Positions 48,039 through 58,887 of a DNA stretch of 64,000 bases are shown here, in pieces. The number at the start of each line of letters is the position of its first letter. Within the stretch, counting starts at the first letter, position 1. The notes under the pieces were generated by a model, which was given only the letters and a program-made list of their open reading frames with translations, had not been told where the DNA came from and ran no database searches. This stretch comes from an uncultured Acidobacteriota bacterium (GTDB taxonomy: Bacteria; Acidobacteriota; UBA6911; RPQK01; JAPXNP01), in NCBI GenBank assembly GCA_963823995.1, contig CAWGNQ010000006.1, positions 173,610 to 237,609 on the forward strand, in the 5' to 3' direction. The position numbers and the translations under genes are program-made.

Positions 48039-49559
48039 ATGAGAATCACGACCAAGCTCGTCCTCGGCTTTTCTTTGCTGATCCTCATCTTCCTGGTCGT
48101 CCACCTCTACCAGGAGCGTCTCATCTATGAAATGCGGCAGGCTCAGGAGGATCTCTCGAAGCTGAGTCTGGAGGCCGGGCTGAAAGCGCTTTCGATTGTC
48201 GAGAATGTCCGGGATCTGGAGGAATTCACGAACAAGTTTCTCTCGAGTGGAGATCCCTTCTATCGCGATGAGTCCCGGGCCAACCGGGCAAGTCTGGAGC
48301 AGGAAATCTCTGAACTGAACGCGCTGAGCAGGGGCAGCGATATTCTCCAGGTCCAGGTCAGAGCACTGAACGGATTCTGGCTTGACCTCCAGAACGACCT
48401 TGTCGAGATCGAGAAGCTGACGCAGCGTACCGGACCTTCCGAACGGAACCGATGGTGGCAGGAGGTGTCTCCGAAGTTCGACCGGCTTCTTGTCGAAGCG
48501 AAGAATGCGGAACGCGCCAGCGACCGGATGATCGAGGTTGGGATCGCCCGGTCGCGCGCTACCGCGGAGCGGGTGAACTGGGTCTCCCGGATGGCCCTTT
48601 TCGTGGCGTTGGCGCTCGCCCTCTCGGTTACGGTTGTCGTGTTCCGCTCAATCAGGCGATCTCTGGTTCAACTGATCGTCGGCACGAGACGAATTGCGCG
48701 CGGCGACTTTACTTATAAGGTCGACGAGTCCCAAGGAGATGAACTGGCGGAGCTGGCTTCGTATTTCAATCAGATGGCGCGGCGTCTTGGAGAACTCGAT
48801 CAGCTCAAGCGCGACTTCGTCTCATGGGTTTCTCACGATTTGAGGGCACCGCTGGCGTCCATCCAGGAGACCACGAGTCTTCTGCTCGAGCAGTTTTCCG
48901 AAGACCTCAGGACACCACAGAGGCGACTGCTGGAGTTGAATCTCGCCAGCAGCCAAAGGCTCTCCCAGATGATTCGGAATCTGCTCGATCTGTCCTCGAT
49001 CGAAGCAGGCGCAGTGAAATACGAGTTCGAGCCGGTCGACGTCGGAGAGATCCTGGCAGGGGCTGCCGAAGACGTTCATGGACTCCTCCTCGACAAACGC
49101 CTGACGCTGTTCTCTCCCAACGGGTCGCCGGGTCGACAGGTCTGGGCCGACCCGTTCCGCTTGAGGCAAGTGTTGGGAAACCTGCTGTCCAATGCCATCA
49201 AATTCTCACCGGAAGGCGGAACCATCCAGTTTCATGTAGAGTCTTTCGAGCAGGTTCCGGCGGACGTGCCGAAGGATTGGGCCGAGCGTGTGCGGAAGTC
49301 GAGGGCGGGATATTGCAGGATCTCGGTATCGGATGAGGGGCCGGGAGTTCCTGAGGAAATCCGGCACAAGATCTTCGACCAGTACTATCAGGCCGCCCAG
49401 CGAACGGCACCGGGCCTTCAGGGGACCGGTCTGGGACTGGCCATTGCCCGGAGAATCGTGGAGGCGCATGATGGTGCCATCTGGGTCTCGGACAACCCGG
49501 GTCGTGGCAGCACCTTTTCGGTTCTCTTGAGACGCCCGGATGTCGAGCTTTCTAGATGA
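48039..49559 (+). CDS. Sensor histidine kinase (TM, HAMP, HisKA, HATPase_c)
   Basis: H-box SHDLRAPL, N-box [10 protein letters not shown]-boxes DEGPGV and GTGLGLAI. Two TM segments. Confidence 0.85.
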   Translation: MRITTKLVLGFSLLILIFLVVHLYQERLIYEMRQAQEDLSKLSLEAGLKALSIVENVRDLEEFTNKFLSSGDPFYRDESRANRASLEQEISELNALSRGSDILQVQVRALNGFWLDLQNDLVEIEKLTQRTGPSERNRWWQEVSPKFDRLLVEAKNAERASDRMIEVGIARSRATAERVNWVSRMALFVALALALSVTVVVFRSIRRSLVQLIVGTRRIARGDFTYKVDESQGDELAELASYFNQMARRLGELDQLKRDFVSWVSHDLRAPLASIQETTSLLLEQFSEDLRTPQRRLLELNLASSQRLSQMIRNLLDLSSIEAGAVKYEFEPVDVGEILAGAAEDVHGLLLDKRLTLFSPNGSPGRQVWADPFRLRQVLGNLLSNAIKFSPEGGTIQFHVESFEQVPADVPKDWAERVRKSRAGYCRISVSDEGPGVPEEIRHKIFDQYYQAAQRTAPGLQGTGLGLAIARRIVEAHDGAIWVSDNPGRGSTFSVLLRRPDVELSR

Positions 49560-50592
49560 AGATGGCGATCGCGGCCTTCGATCTCAGCGCAGCCACCTCA
49601 TCCTGGACTGCCCTGCGCAGTGCCTCCTGCTGAAGGTACTGCTCGATACGCTCCTCGACCTCCTCGTAAGGGATCTTGCGCGACGGGACCCGTTCCAGGA
49701 GTTGGATAATGTGATAACCGAACCGGGTCTCGACGATTTCGCTGATGGCGCCAGGTTCGAGCTTGAACGCGGCTTCCTCGAATGGTGGAGCCGTCTGCCC
49801 CTCCATGACCGTCAGCTCACCACCCTGGTCGCGCGAGCCGGGGTCGTCCGAGTTCTCTTTAGCGAGGGCTGCAAAGTCCGCACCTTCCTCCGTAATCTGC
49901 TTTCTCAGTCCCTCGATTTTCTGGCGAGCTGCTTCCCGCTGCGCCACGCTTGAATCGTCGGGAACGCGCACCAGGATGTGGCGCAGCTTGAGGTGCTCGG
50001 GTTGTTCCATCTGTTCTTCGTTGTCGGTGTAGAATTGCCGCTTGGCGTCGTCGGTGATGACGACGTTCTTCGACAGCACGCCCTCGACCAGTTTCTGGAT
50101 GCTGATGTCCTTGGCCAGCATTGCCTTGACCGAGTCGAGCGAAATATCCTCCGATTCGAGTTGCTCCTTGAAGGCCTCTTCACTCGGATATGGCGCTTGC
50201 AGCTCGGCCAGGCTCTTGGCGATCTCGTCCGGGGTCGCCGTCAGATTGTTACTGCGGCTCGACTGGTAGAGGAGTTCGAGATCCACCATGTCGCTCAGCA
50301 CGGTCCGATAGATATCGATCGGCAGATCGCCCTGCGGAATGTGCATCTGATCGCGAACGGTCTCCACCCGGGTCAGCAGTTCCGACTTGCCGATCGGCTC
50401 TTCGTTGACGCGGGCGACCACTTCGGGAAAGTCCTCCGGATGGGCGGTCTCCATCTTCGGTTTGGTCGCAGGCGCAGCCGCGGCAGGGGCTGTCTCCTGG
50501 GGAGCAGCGATCAGCGTCCCCCAAGCCAGAAGCCCAGCGACGACGAGCACCGAAAACAGTCTTCTATGTATGCGATGATCTATCTCGTTCAA
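49552..50592 (-). CDS. Periplasmic peptidyl-prolyl isomerase, parvulin type (SurA/PpiD-like chaperone)
   Basis: Parvulin motif [11 protein letters not shown] start at 50592 has AAGGAG 6 nt upstream and is followed by a signal peptide. Confidence 0.7.
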   Translation of the reverse strand: MNEIDHRIHRRLFSVLVVAGLLAWGTLIAAPQETAPAAAAPATKPKMETAHPEDFPEVVARVNEEPIGKSELLTRVETVRDQMHIPQGDLPIDIYRTVLSDMVDLELLYQSSRSNNLTATPDEIAKSLAELQAPYPSEEAFKEQLESEDISLDSVKAMLAKDISIQKLVEGVLSKNVVITDDAKRQFYTDNEEQMEQPEHLKLRHILVRVPDDSSVAQREAARQKIEGLRKQITEEGADFAALAKENSDDPGSRDQGGELTVMEGQTAPPFEEAAFKLEPGAISEIVETRFGYHIIQLLERVPSRKIPYEEVEERIEQYLQQEALRRAVQDEVAALRSKAAIAIFI

Positions 50593-50741
50593 GTCCGTCT
50601 CCTTTGGCTGCCCACGCCGTTCAGACGCCCGAGCCGGCAGCAGATTCCCGGGGAAATCGAAGCGCATGCAATCGCTACATCATACGCCGACTCAGAGCCT
50701 GGTGCGAACCGTCGGAAGGACGCCGGCGGCGTGCCCGTCGG

Positions 50742-52694
50742 CTACGCTTCCGGAGATCCCTCTCCAGATTGCCGGTCGGCCACCCAGTTGATGAGCCCGC
50801 CCTTCCGGAGGATCTCGATCTGTCTCTCGGACAGGCCATGTTCCGCCTCTATTGTTCGATGATCGTTCTCGCTCGAAAGGGTCAATCGACCGCCCGGTGC
50901 GAGTTGGTGCAGCCCCTGGACTCGGACCGTATCCCCCTGCTTCAGCGTCTCATAGTCGTCGGCCTCGACGAAGGTGAGTGGCAGGATTCCGAAGTTGACA
51001 AGGTTCTGGCGATGGATCCGCGCAAAGGAGAGGGCCAAAACGACCCGGAGGCCCAGAAAACGGGGCGCCAGGGCGGCGTGCTCCCGACTGGATCCCTGCC
51101 CGTAGTTGCGGCCTCCGACGATCATGTGCCCGGCCTTGGCATTCCGGGCTCGTTCAGGATATTCGGAATCGACGATATCGAAGACGAATTGGCTGATCTC
51201 CGGGATGTTGCTGCGGAACGGTAATACCCGGGATCCGGCCGGCATGATCTCGTCGGTCGAAATGTCGTCGGCGACCTTCAGGAGGATCGGCAGGGTCAGT
51301 TCCTCCGGAAGTTCGTCGAACTGCGGCAGACTCTTGATGTTCGGTCCCTTCCTGAGTTCGACGCGACGGGCCTCCTCGAGCGGGAGGGGCGCCACGAGCA
51401 GTTCGGAGTTCAGGATCGGTTCTGCGGGATCGTGGACCGCGGGGTACTCCATGTCGAGCGTGCGGGGATCCGTGATGACGCCCCTGAGGGCGGATGCCGC
51501 AGCCGTTTCCGGGCTGACCAGGCAGACTTGGTCCTCCCGTGAACCCGAGCGTCCCGGAAAATTGCGTGGAACCGTGCGCAGGCTGATCTGTCCCGTGGCA
51601 GGAGCCTGGCCCATCCCGATACAGCCGTTACAACCGGCCTGGTGGATCCGGGCGCCGGAGTGGATCAGACTCAGCAGGTGTCCGTCCGACACCAGGTTCT
51701 CCAGGATTTGCCTGGAAGTCGGATTGACGTCGAAAGAGACTCCTTCATGGATCCGTCGGCCCCGGACGATCTCGGCGGCCACCGCGAAATCCCGGTAGCC
51801 TGGATTGGCCGAGGAGCCGATGTAGGCCTGGTAGATTTCCTCGCCCGCCACCTCGGAGACCGGCCTGACATTGCCCGGACTCGAAGGCATCGCGATCAGG
51901 GGTTCCAGCGACGACAGGTCGATTTCCTCGTGGAGGTCGTAGGCTTCCTCGTCGTCCGCCACCAGTTCGGACCAGTCTTCCTCCCGGCCCTGAGATTTCA
52001 GGAAGGCACGGACCTCACCATCGGAAGGAAACACGGTGCTGGTCGCCCCGAGTTCCGTTCCCATGTTGGCGATCACATGACGGTCCATGGCGGAAAGGGA
52101 GGCGAGACCGGGACCGAAGTACTCGAGGACGCAGCCCACTCCGCCGTCCACATCGTGGCGTCGGAGCATCTCCAGAATGACATCCTTGGCGCTGACCCAG
52201 TTCGGAAGCTTGCCCGTCAATCGAATTCCCCAGACCTTGGGCATGCGGAACACGAACGGCTGGCCGGCCATGGCCATGGCCACCTCCAGGCCGCCGGCCC
52301 CGATAGCGAGCATCCCGATGGCCCCGGCGGCCGGTGTATGAGAGTCCGAACCCAGCAGCGTTCTACCCGGTTTGCCGAATCGCTCCTGGTGGACGGGATG
52401 ACTGACTCCGTTGCCCGCTCGGCTGTACCAGATGCCGAAGCGCCGGCAGGCAGACTGCAGGAACAGATGGTCGTCCGGGTTCTTGAAATCCTCCTGGAGA
52501 AGGTTGTGATCGACATACTGCGTCGAAAGCTCCGTCTGAACACGGTCGAGGCCGATGGCCTCCAGCTCGAGCATGACCAGCGTCCCTGTCGCGTCCTGCG
52601 TCAGAGTCTGGTCGATCCGCATCTGAATTTCGCTTCCCGGTGTCATCTCCCCCTTCAAAAGATGGGCATCGATGATCTTCTGAGTGACGTTCAT
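50742..52694 (-). CDS. Aconitate hydratase (aconitase family, about 650 aa)
   Basis: Start at MNVTQKIIDAHLL has a GGGAGGA SD. Fe-S ligand Cys region (CNGCIG) and a SDSHT-type substrate loop. The N-terminal extension in the ORF track is rejected. Confidence 0.8.
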   Translation of the reverse strand: MNVTQKIIDAHLLKGEMTPGSEIQMRIDQTLTQDATGTLVMLELEAIGLDRVQTELSTQYVDHNLLQEDFKNPDDHLFLQSACRRFGIWYSRAGNGVSHPVHQERFGKPGRTLLGSDSHTPAAGAIGMLAIGAGGLEVAMAMAGQPFVFRMPKVWGIRLTGKLPNWVSAKDVILEMLRRHDVDGGVGCVLEYFGPGLASLSAMDRHVIANMGTELGATSTVFPSDGEVRAFLKSQGREEDWSELVADDEEAYDLHEEIDLSSLEPLIAMPSSPGNVRPVSEVAGEEIYQAYIGSSANPGYRDFAVAAEIVRGRRIHEGVSFDVNPTSRQILENLVSDGHLLSLIHSGARIHQAGCNGCIGMGQAPATGQISLRTVPRNFPGRSGSREDQVCLVSPETAAASALRGVITDPRTLDMEYPAVHDPAEPILNSELLVAPLPLEEARRVELRKGPNIKSLPQFDELPEELTLPILLKVADDISTDEIMPAGSRVLPFRSNIPEISQFVFDIVDSEYPERARNAKAGHMIVGGRNYGQGSSREHAALAPRFLGLRVVLALSFARIHRQNLVNFGILPLTFVEADDYETLKQGDTVRVQGLHQLAPGGRLTLSSENDHRTIEAEHGLSERQIEILRKGGLINWVADRQSGEGSPEA

Positions 52695-52965
52695 GATTGG
52701 TCCTCCCGGCCTGTCGGTGTCGGTCGCCGGCCCCGCTGAAACGGAGAGCGCCAAGGTGGATATGCGGTCCCAGATCCAACATATCAGAAAGCGATCGAGC
52801 CATTGTGGGTCGGGGCTCGAGGTGAATCGGAACACTCTGACAATGCCGTCGCCCCCAGTGCCGGAGTCCCCGAAGCACCTCCGAACGGCGACCCATCGCA
52901 GGGCGGCGTCACGTCCGGTGATCACCCTCACCGGAGAGTCCGTCCGACGGATCCATAATCAGACC

Positions 52966-53334
52966 GTGAAGCGACAAAGGCATTCGGAGAGCGGTCTGAG
53001 CTTTCTCTCCATTCTCCTGGCGCTCCTGATCATCGGTCTGCTCTACTTCTGGATCGGCGGACCCGGATTGTCCTCCGTCGAGAATTCCGTCTCGGAAGCG
53101 AAGACGGTCAAGACGTCAGGCAACCTGCTTGCCTGTGAGATGAACCGAAAGGCGGTCGAGAAGGAGTTGATGACCTGGTCGGTGGCGCATCCGGGCGAGC
53201 GGGCGACGATCGAGAAGCTCCGGGCAGCCGGCGTTTACGTCCCGGCCTGTCCGGACGGCGGCAGGATCAGTATCGAGGGAAGATCGGTCATCTGTTCGAA
53301 GCACTCCCGTCCGCAGCAGTCGAGCGGTCGATGA
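52966..53334 (+). CDS. Small hypothetical membrane protein (start uncertain)
   Basis: One TM helix (LSFLSILLALLIIGLLYFWIG). No SD at the GTG. The 3' end overlaps the cyclophilin gene by 47 nt. Confidence 0.25.
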   Translation: MKRQRHSESGLSFLSILLALLIIGLLYFWIGGPGLSSVENSVSEAKTVKTSGNLLACEMNRKAVEKELMTWSVAHPGERATIEKLRAAGVYVPACPDGGRISIEGRSVICSKHSRPQQSSGR

Positions 53335-54031
53335 TCTTCGCCGATTCGATGTAGTCCATTTTGGGAAAGTGCATCCGCAAGTATGCATTCCCCTGCAGAT
53401 TCAGCAGCTGAAACCGGGGACCGTTGCCTTTCGGATGCAGTTCACCGTAGCCGGTATACAATCGATCCACGACATCCATGCCGTCGACAACTCGTGCGAT
53501 CGGTACGAAACCGGCGCTGTCGAGTTCGAGATTGTCCTTCAGATTGATGAAGATCTGCGTTGTTCGCGAGTTTGCAGCTCCCCTCGCGAAACTCAGGAGG
53601 CCACGCTCATTGCTCTTCTTCGGTGGATCGTCCGGAATCGTCGCGACGGACCAGACCTTGTTGACGTCAGGATCCCCATGAACGCCGAACTGGATGATGA
53701 AGTGGTCGACGGCTCGAAAAAACGCCACGTCATGAAAGAAACCGATCCGGACGAGGTTGTAGAAGCGGTCGACCCCCAGAGGTGCCCAGTCGCGGGTCGC
53801 CTCGACTACGAAAGGCCCTTTCGTGGTCTGGAAGCGGACGCGAAACCTGTCGGGTGCCCGATCACGTGCGATCTCGGGAAGCATCAGGGCCGGATTGCTC
53901 TTCGACGTCGTGGTCGCGGCCTTCGGGCTGTCGGCCGTCGCAGCTGAATCCTCGCTGCCCGACGGCGCACAGGCGGCCAAAACGACGGCTACGGCGAGAA
54001 GCGAAAACCCGATCCTGAAGTCATGCTTCAT
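53288..54031 (-). CDS. Peptidyl-prolyl cis-trans isomerase, cyclophilin type, lipoprotein
   Basis: Lipobox LAACAPS. Cyclophilin motifs (FFRAVDHFIIQFG, WSVATIPDDP, VDGMDVVDRL). Confidence 0.8.
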   Translation of the reverse strand: MKHDFRIGFSLLAVAVVLAACAPSGSEDSAATADSPKAATTTSKSNPALMLPEIARDRAPDRFRVRFQTTKGPFVVEATRDWAPLGVDRFYNLVRIGFFHDVAFFRAVDHFIIQFGVHGDPDVNKVWSVATIPDDPPKKSNERGLLSFARGAANSRTTQIFINLKDNLELDSAGFVPIARVVDGMDVVDRLYTGYGELHPKGNGPRFQLLNLQGNAYLRMHFPKMDYIESAKIIDRSTAADGSASNR

Positions 54032-54130
54032 GTCGAGACGTTTAACACGGATACCGGGAAATGTCGACCGCGCCGAACACCGCGCCGAACGCCCCTTCGT
54101 CGAGTGGGGCGGAACAAAAGCGGAACCAAC

Positions 54131-55396
54131 TCAGGAGGAGTGATTCCGTCCGGGCGGGGTGTAGATTTTGCGATACTCCTGGTCGCTGGCGTACTCGGTT
54201 TCGATTTTGAGGTCGAGTTGCTCCACCGTGGGCATCTTTGCGCGAATCCTGGCAGCCAAACGGTCGAGAACGTCCGGGAAGTCTTCCTGCATAACCTCCG
54301 CGCAGACGACGAGATCGACCGAGATATCGTGTGCTTCGCCCGTCCCGTCGACACGCAGGTCGTGGAAGCCGACGACATCCTGATGGGCACCTATGATGTC
54401 CCTGAGGGCTTCAGCGAACTGAATGTAGAGCGGATGACTGTGGTCGACCGGATCCACATGGACGATAACCTTGGCGCCCACGTCGTCGGCGACCGCCTGC
54501 TCGACATTCTCCGCCAGATGGTGGGCCTCCATGGCACTCTGGTTCGCGTCCACTTCGGCATGAAGAGAGATGAGCTGGCGATCTCCGTAGGAGTGGATGA
54601 TGATGTCGTGCACGCCGTAGATCTCGGGTACCGATGTGGCGATCTGATGGATTCTATGCAACTCCTCATGAGAGGGGGCCTCGCCGAGCAACGTGTGAAT
54701 AGCCTGGCGCACGAACACGATCCCGGTATAGACGATGAAGACCGAGACGCCCAGACCTGCCCAGCCATCTACGCTGTTCCATCCCCAGCGGGAACAGAAC
54801 AGGGCGACGAGGACGAGTGAAGTGGTCAGGATGTCGTACGTGTGATTCCAGGCTTCGGCCCGAATCGCGGGGGAGCGTGTCAAGCGTGCCAGTCGTCGGG
54901 CAAAACCGGCGAGCCACAATTTGACCACGATCGTCGCCACAACAACCAGCAGGATCCAAAAGGGCACAGTGAAGTCGACCGGTTGAAGAAGGCGGCGGAC
55001 ACCGGCGCGGGCAACCTCGATACCGACGCCTATCAGGATGACTGCGAGCACGAGCGTGGCAACGGGTTCCATTCGGCCATGCCCGTACGGATGCTCGCGG
55101 TCCCGAGGCTTCCGGACCACACGAAACCCGAGAACCACGATCAGGCTGCTGCCGACGTCGGCAAGGTTGTTCAGTGCGTCTGCCAGCAGGGAGATACTGG
55201 AGGTCAACCAAGCCAGAGACCCCTTCGTGGCGGCGAGGACGATGCTGATCAGTATGCTGATCAGGCCTTCCCATTCGCCGAGCCGGGAACGCCCTTCGAC
55301 AGAGTCCACAGAAGTGCCTGGGGTCAGGACCCGGCGCACGAGGCGGCCTGTCAGTCCCTTCGGTCGCTCCACCTGGTCGCTCTGTGCGTTGGTCAA
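54131..55396 (-). CDS. Cation diffusion facilitator (CDF) family metal efflux transporter
   Basis: 6 TM helices with the HxxxD/ D-containing metal-site helices and a cytoplasmic C-terminal domain (HVDP...). Confidence 0.85.
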   Translation of the reverse strand: MTNAQSDQVERPKGLTGRLVRRVLTPGTSVDSVEGRSRLGEWEGLISILISIVLAATKGSLAWLTSSISLLADALNNLADVGSSLIVVLGFRVVRKPRDREHPYGHGRMEPVATLVLAVILIGVGIEVARAGVRRLLQPVDFTVPFWILLVVVATIVVKLWLAGFARRLARLTRSPAIRAEAWNHTYDILTTSLVLVALFCSRWGWNSVDGWAGLGVSVFIVYTGIVFVRQAIHTLLGEAPSHEELHRIHQIATSVPEIYGVHDIIIHSYGDRQLISLHAEVDANQSAMEAHHLAENVEQAVADDVGAKVIVHVDPVDHSHPLYIQFAEALRDIIGAHQDVVGFHDLRVDGTGEAHDISVDLVVCAEVMQEDFPDVLDRLAARIRAKMPTVEQLDLKIETEYASDQEYRKIYTPPGRNHSS

Positions 55397-55559
55397 CGTT
55401 CCTGCCTCACCGGATCCGGGTAGCCCGCAATGTATGCTGCGACGCCGGTGAGGTCAAATGACCGGAATGCAAAAGCGGCCGGCTGGGGGCCGGCCGCTTC
55501 TGACTCAGCTTCGAAGGGCGATCTTCGAAGCCGCCTTGGGGGAGGATCGTGAAAAGCTG

Positions 55560-56603
55560 TTATCGAATTCCCGCATCCGCCGGCTGGGCATTCGCCGTCT
55601 TGACGGCCATGCGGGACTCTGACTGTGTGATACCAACATTCTGCAGGACTCTCACCTCAACCCGGCGATTCTGCTTGCGACCGGCCTGAGTGTCGTTGTC
55701 GGCGACCGGTCTGGTCTCACCAAAACCAAAGGGACGAACGATCCGTCGAATCGGTATGTCGTGATTCTCGGCGAGATAGTCCACGACGACCTGTGCGCGT
55801 CGTTCGCTGAGCCGCCGATTGTAGGCGGGATCACCGTCGGAAGAGGCAAACCCGGCGACCTCGACCAAGTATGCGTCCTGATTGACGAAGTGGTTGACCA
55901 GCGCATCGAGCTTGTCCTTCGCGTCCTGAGTGAGCTCAGAGCTGTTGAAGCCGAACGGAATCACGGCCGCGTCCAGCTCCTGGTACTGATCCAGGCTGGA
56001 AATCCGCTGGTTGGCCAAAGCGGCGTGCTGATCCGCCGTGTCAGCGGTCGTCTGGGCCTTCGCTGCTTCGTTTCGTGCGAGCCGAAATGCATCGTTGAGT
56101 TCGTCCACCTGGGAAGACAGTTGCCCCGTCTTCTCATCCAGCTCACTGGTGTTCTTGCGAAGCTCCTCCTGCGTCGCGACCAGCTCGTCATGCGTTTCGT
56201 TCAATTGGGCTTCGACTGGAGAAACCCGCGAAGTGATGGTCTGAGCGACTTTCAGTTCATCTTGGGTGAAGCGGATTTTGTCGGCCAGCAATGCGCCGCT
56301 GGTATCCCCATGTCCCTCCACGCGAACGTTGAGTCCGAGCAGGAAGTCCTCCGGGCTGTACTTCTCCGCCGAGCGAAATGGATTCGTTTTCTTCTCTTCG
56401 ATCTTGGTGGTCGGACCCCAGGTCACGCTGACCTCTGTCCCGTCGAAGGTACGGATGCGGAATTGGTCTGCAGCCTTCTGAACGATTACACCCTCCAGCG
56501 AGACTTCCTGTCCGATGGGAATCTTGGAGAGCTGGGCCCCAAGTACGGGTGCGCCGAGCAGCGCTGCGAGAGCCAAAAATGTCAATCGATATTTTATTCT
56601 CAT
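55560..56603 (-). CDS. OmpA-family protein (N-terminal beta region, coiled coil, C-terminal OmpA-like peptidoglycan-binding domain)
   Basis: AAGGAGG SD. Signal peptide. OmpA_C motifs (FGFNSSELT...NRRLSERRAQVVVDYL...NRRVEV). Confidence 0.75.
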   Translation of the reverse strand: MRIKYRLTFLALAALLGAPVLGAQLSKIPIGQEVSLEGVIVQKAADQFRIRTFDGTEVSVTWGPTTKIEEKKTNPFRSAEKYSPEDFLLGLNVRVEGHGDTSGALLADKIRFTQDELKVAQTITSRVSPVEAQLNETHDELVATQEELRKNTSELDEKTGQLSSQVDELNDAFRLARNEAAKAQTTADTADQHAALANQRISSLDQYQELDAAVIPFGFNSSELTQDAKDKLDALVNHFVNQDAYLVEVAGFASSDGDPAYNRRLSERRAQVVVDYLAENHDIPIRRIVRPFGFGETRPVADNDTQAGRKQNRRVEVRVLQNVGITQSESRMAVKTANAQPADAGIR

Positions 56604-56838
56604 TCGAGTCCTCCTTGGCACGACGTCCGGCACCACACTAGCAACCCCCGTGCCAGTTCCTGGAAAACCCGAGAATGCGGGGCTATTGGATCGGTCCCCA
56701 GGCCCCCGCGCGTGTTTCGCGTCTGCGGCCGTGGTCAGGGGAGCGGGAAAGTTTCCCTCTTTCCCGCATGTGCGAGCAGGGGGGGACCGATAAATCCCGG
56801 TCGAGGGGCCTCAGTTCGGGCACTGGTTCGGACCGTGG

Positions 56839-57342
56839 TCAAGGTTGACGGTCGCGTCGGCGGGCCCGGTCGATCTCTTTGATCTTCTCGAGCTCTTCGG
56901 AAACCCGGCGCAACTCGCTCTTCGTGGAGGCGTACTGACCTTCGATCTTCGTCAGCCTCGTGAGCAACAGCGCCAGAATGGAGGCCTGCGCCTGATATTT
57001 GCTGTCGGTCTCCTGGGCCAGAGGGGCCAGCAGTTCCCCCGCCTTGGCCGGATCCCAGAGGGCGGACTCCGGGTCCGCATGAAGCAGGGCGAGACGGAAA
57101 CGGATCCTGTCGAGTTCCGCCTGTGCCAGCTCGGGATGAGCGGTGAGCATGGGTTGATACAGATCGGCTGCGGCAGCCCAGTCGCCGGAATCAAAGCGCG
57201 CATCGGCTTCGACGAGTTCCTCGGGTTGGGCAGGCGCAAGCGGTGGGGGCGGCGGTGTTCGCTTCTTTGCGCAGCCGCCGGCAGCGACGAGCAGCAGAAG
57301 GAGCAGTACGCCCGGCAGGAGACGTTTGATCACCGGAGACAT
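56839..57342 (-). CDS. Hypothetical lipoprotein (Pro-rich linker plus helical/coiled-coil region)
   Basis: Lipobox LVAAGGCAKK. The long Arg/Ser-rich N-terminal extension in the ORF track is rejected. Confidence 0.5.
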   Translation of the reverse strand: MSPVIKRLLPGVLLLLLLVAAGGCAKKRTPPPPPLAPAQPEELVEADARFDSGDWAAAADLYQPMLTAHPELAQAELDRIRFRLALLHADPESALWDPAKAGELLAPLAQETDSKYQAQASILALLLTRLTKIEGQYASTKSELRRVSEELEKIKEIDRARRRDRQP

Positions 57343-57523
57343 TCTACCGCGATCTGTCCCGGTTCTGCCACATCTCCCCAAAGCCGGCGCCGGCGGTAAA
57401 AGACGGAAAAGAACGGCGTCATGGAGGAAGATTCGAGTCTTTCTGTTGATTCGAACACATGGAAACAGGGAGAATTTAACGTAGGTTCGTTCCGTCCGGT
57501 CTTTGGGAAGTGAGAAATCAGGC

Positions 57524-58873
57524 ATGTCGAAAGTCTTGATCGTCGATGATGACGCGGCGATGCGCGAGGTCCTCAGGATTCGTCTCGAGAAATGGGGACA
57601 TGAGGTGCAGGTTGCGGAGGACGGCCATGCAGGGGAGAAGCTGGCTGCGTCCTGGGGCCCGGACATCGTCGTATCCGATCTGGTGATGCCGGGACCGTCG
57701 GGCCTCGAGCTGCTCCAATCCCTCAAGTCGGGGGACCCACAGCGTCCGGTCGTCCTGATCACCGCGCACGGCGAGGTAGAGACCGCCGTGGAAGCGATGA
57801 AGCAGGGTGCTTCCGACTTCATTACGAAGCCCATCGACTACGACCACCTGCAGGTACTGCTGCACGAATTCGAGGATAAGGCGAGGTTGCGCGACCGGAC
57901 CCGGAAGTTGATGTCGAAGGCAGAGCGCGGCGGCGACTTCGGACCCTTCGTGGGGCGCAGCAAGGTGATGAAGCGGGTGTACGGTCTGATCCGCGAGGTC
58001 TCCGGGACACAGGCATCGGTCCTGATCACCGGACCCAGCGGTACCGGTAAGGAACTCGTGGCGAGAACGATCCACGAATTGAGCGCGCGGGCCGACGGTC
58101 CGTTTTTGGCTCTCAATGCCGCGGCGATCCCTTCGGAGTTGATCGAAAGCGAAGTCTTCGGGCATGAGAAGGGATCATTCACGGGCGCAACGACGAGCCG
58201 AAAGGGCTGCATCGAAATGGCCGATCAAGGAACCCTCTTCTTTGATGAGATTGGCGAGATGCCCGTCAAACTTCAGGCCAAGCTCCTGCGCGTCCTCGAG
58301 GATGGTCGGGTTCGACGCGTCGGCGGGCGAGAAGAGCTGCAGTTCGATGTGCGCGTGCTGGCTGCGACCAACCGCGATCCACGCAAGGCGATCGAGTCCG
58401 GGGACCTGCGGGAGGATCTCTTCTTTCGACTGAGCGTCTTTACGATCGAGTTGCCGCCCCTCAAGGACCGAAAAGGGGATATTCCGGCGCTGGTACACTA
58501 CTTCATCAATCTCTTCAACGAGCGTCACGGCACCTGTGTCGAAGGCGTCAGCGACGATGTCGAGCACCTGTTGAATACGTACCTCTGGCCGGGCAACGTG
58601 CGCGAACTGCGTAACGTGATCGAGCGGGCCACGGTCCTTGCCAAAGAGGGGTGGATCGAGATCGCGCACCTCCCACCGTTTCTCAAGCAGAGCAGCGATC
58701 GCGAGGACATGCAGGTCATCGTCTCTGCCGGCACACCGCTCGCCGAGGCCGAAAAGCGGTTGATTCTGAAGACGCTGGAACTCACCGGTGAAAACAAGGC
58801 CGAGACCGCTCGGAGGCTCGGTGTGGACGTCAAGACGATCCGCAACAAGCTCAGGGAATACGGGCTCTCCTGA
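57524..58873 (+). CDS. Sigma-54-dependent response regulator (NtrC family: REC, AAA+ sigma-54 activator, Fis-type HTH)
   Basis: REC (VLIVDDD...D), Walker A GPSGTGKE, GAFTGA motif, C-terminal HTH. Confidence 0.85.
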   Translation: MSKVLIVDDDAAMREVLRIRLEKWGHEVQVAEDGHAGEKLAASWGPDIVVSDLVMPGPSGLELLQSLKSGDPQRPVVLITAHGEVETAVEAMKQGASDFITKPIDYDHLQVLLHEFEDKARLRDRTRKLMSKAERGGDFGPFVGRSKVMKRVYGLIREVSGTQASVLITGPSGTGKELVARTIHELSARADGPFLALNAAAIPSELIESEVFGHEKGSFTGATTSRKGCIEMADQGTLFFDEIGEMPVKLQAKLLRVLEDGRVRRVGGREELQFDVRVLAATNRDPRKAIESGDLREDLFFRLSVFTIELPPLKDRKGDIPALVHYFINLFNERHGTCVEGVSDDVEHLLNTYLWPGNVRELRNVIERATVLAKEGWIEIAHLPPFLKQSSDREDMQVIVSAGTPLAEAEKRLILKTLELTGENKAETARRLGVDVKTIRNKLREYGLS

Positions 58874-58887
58874 AACGCGGGCGCCGT

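Noticed and set aside
52684-53334. 216-aa ORF upstream of and overlapping the cyclophilin gene
   Set aside because: The first ~90 residues are low-complexity and overlap the aconitase start region. Only the C-terminal ~120 aa (from the GTG at 52966) with a TM helix might be real, and that part is kept at low confidence.
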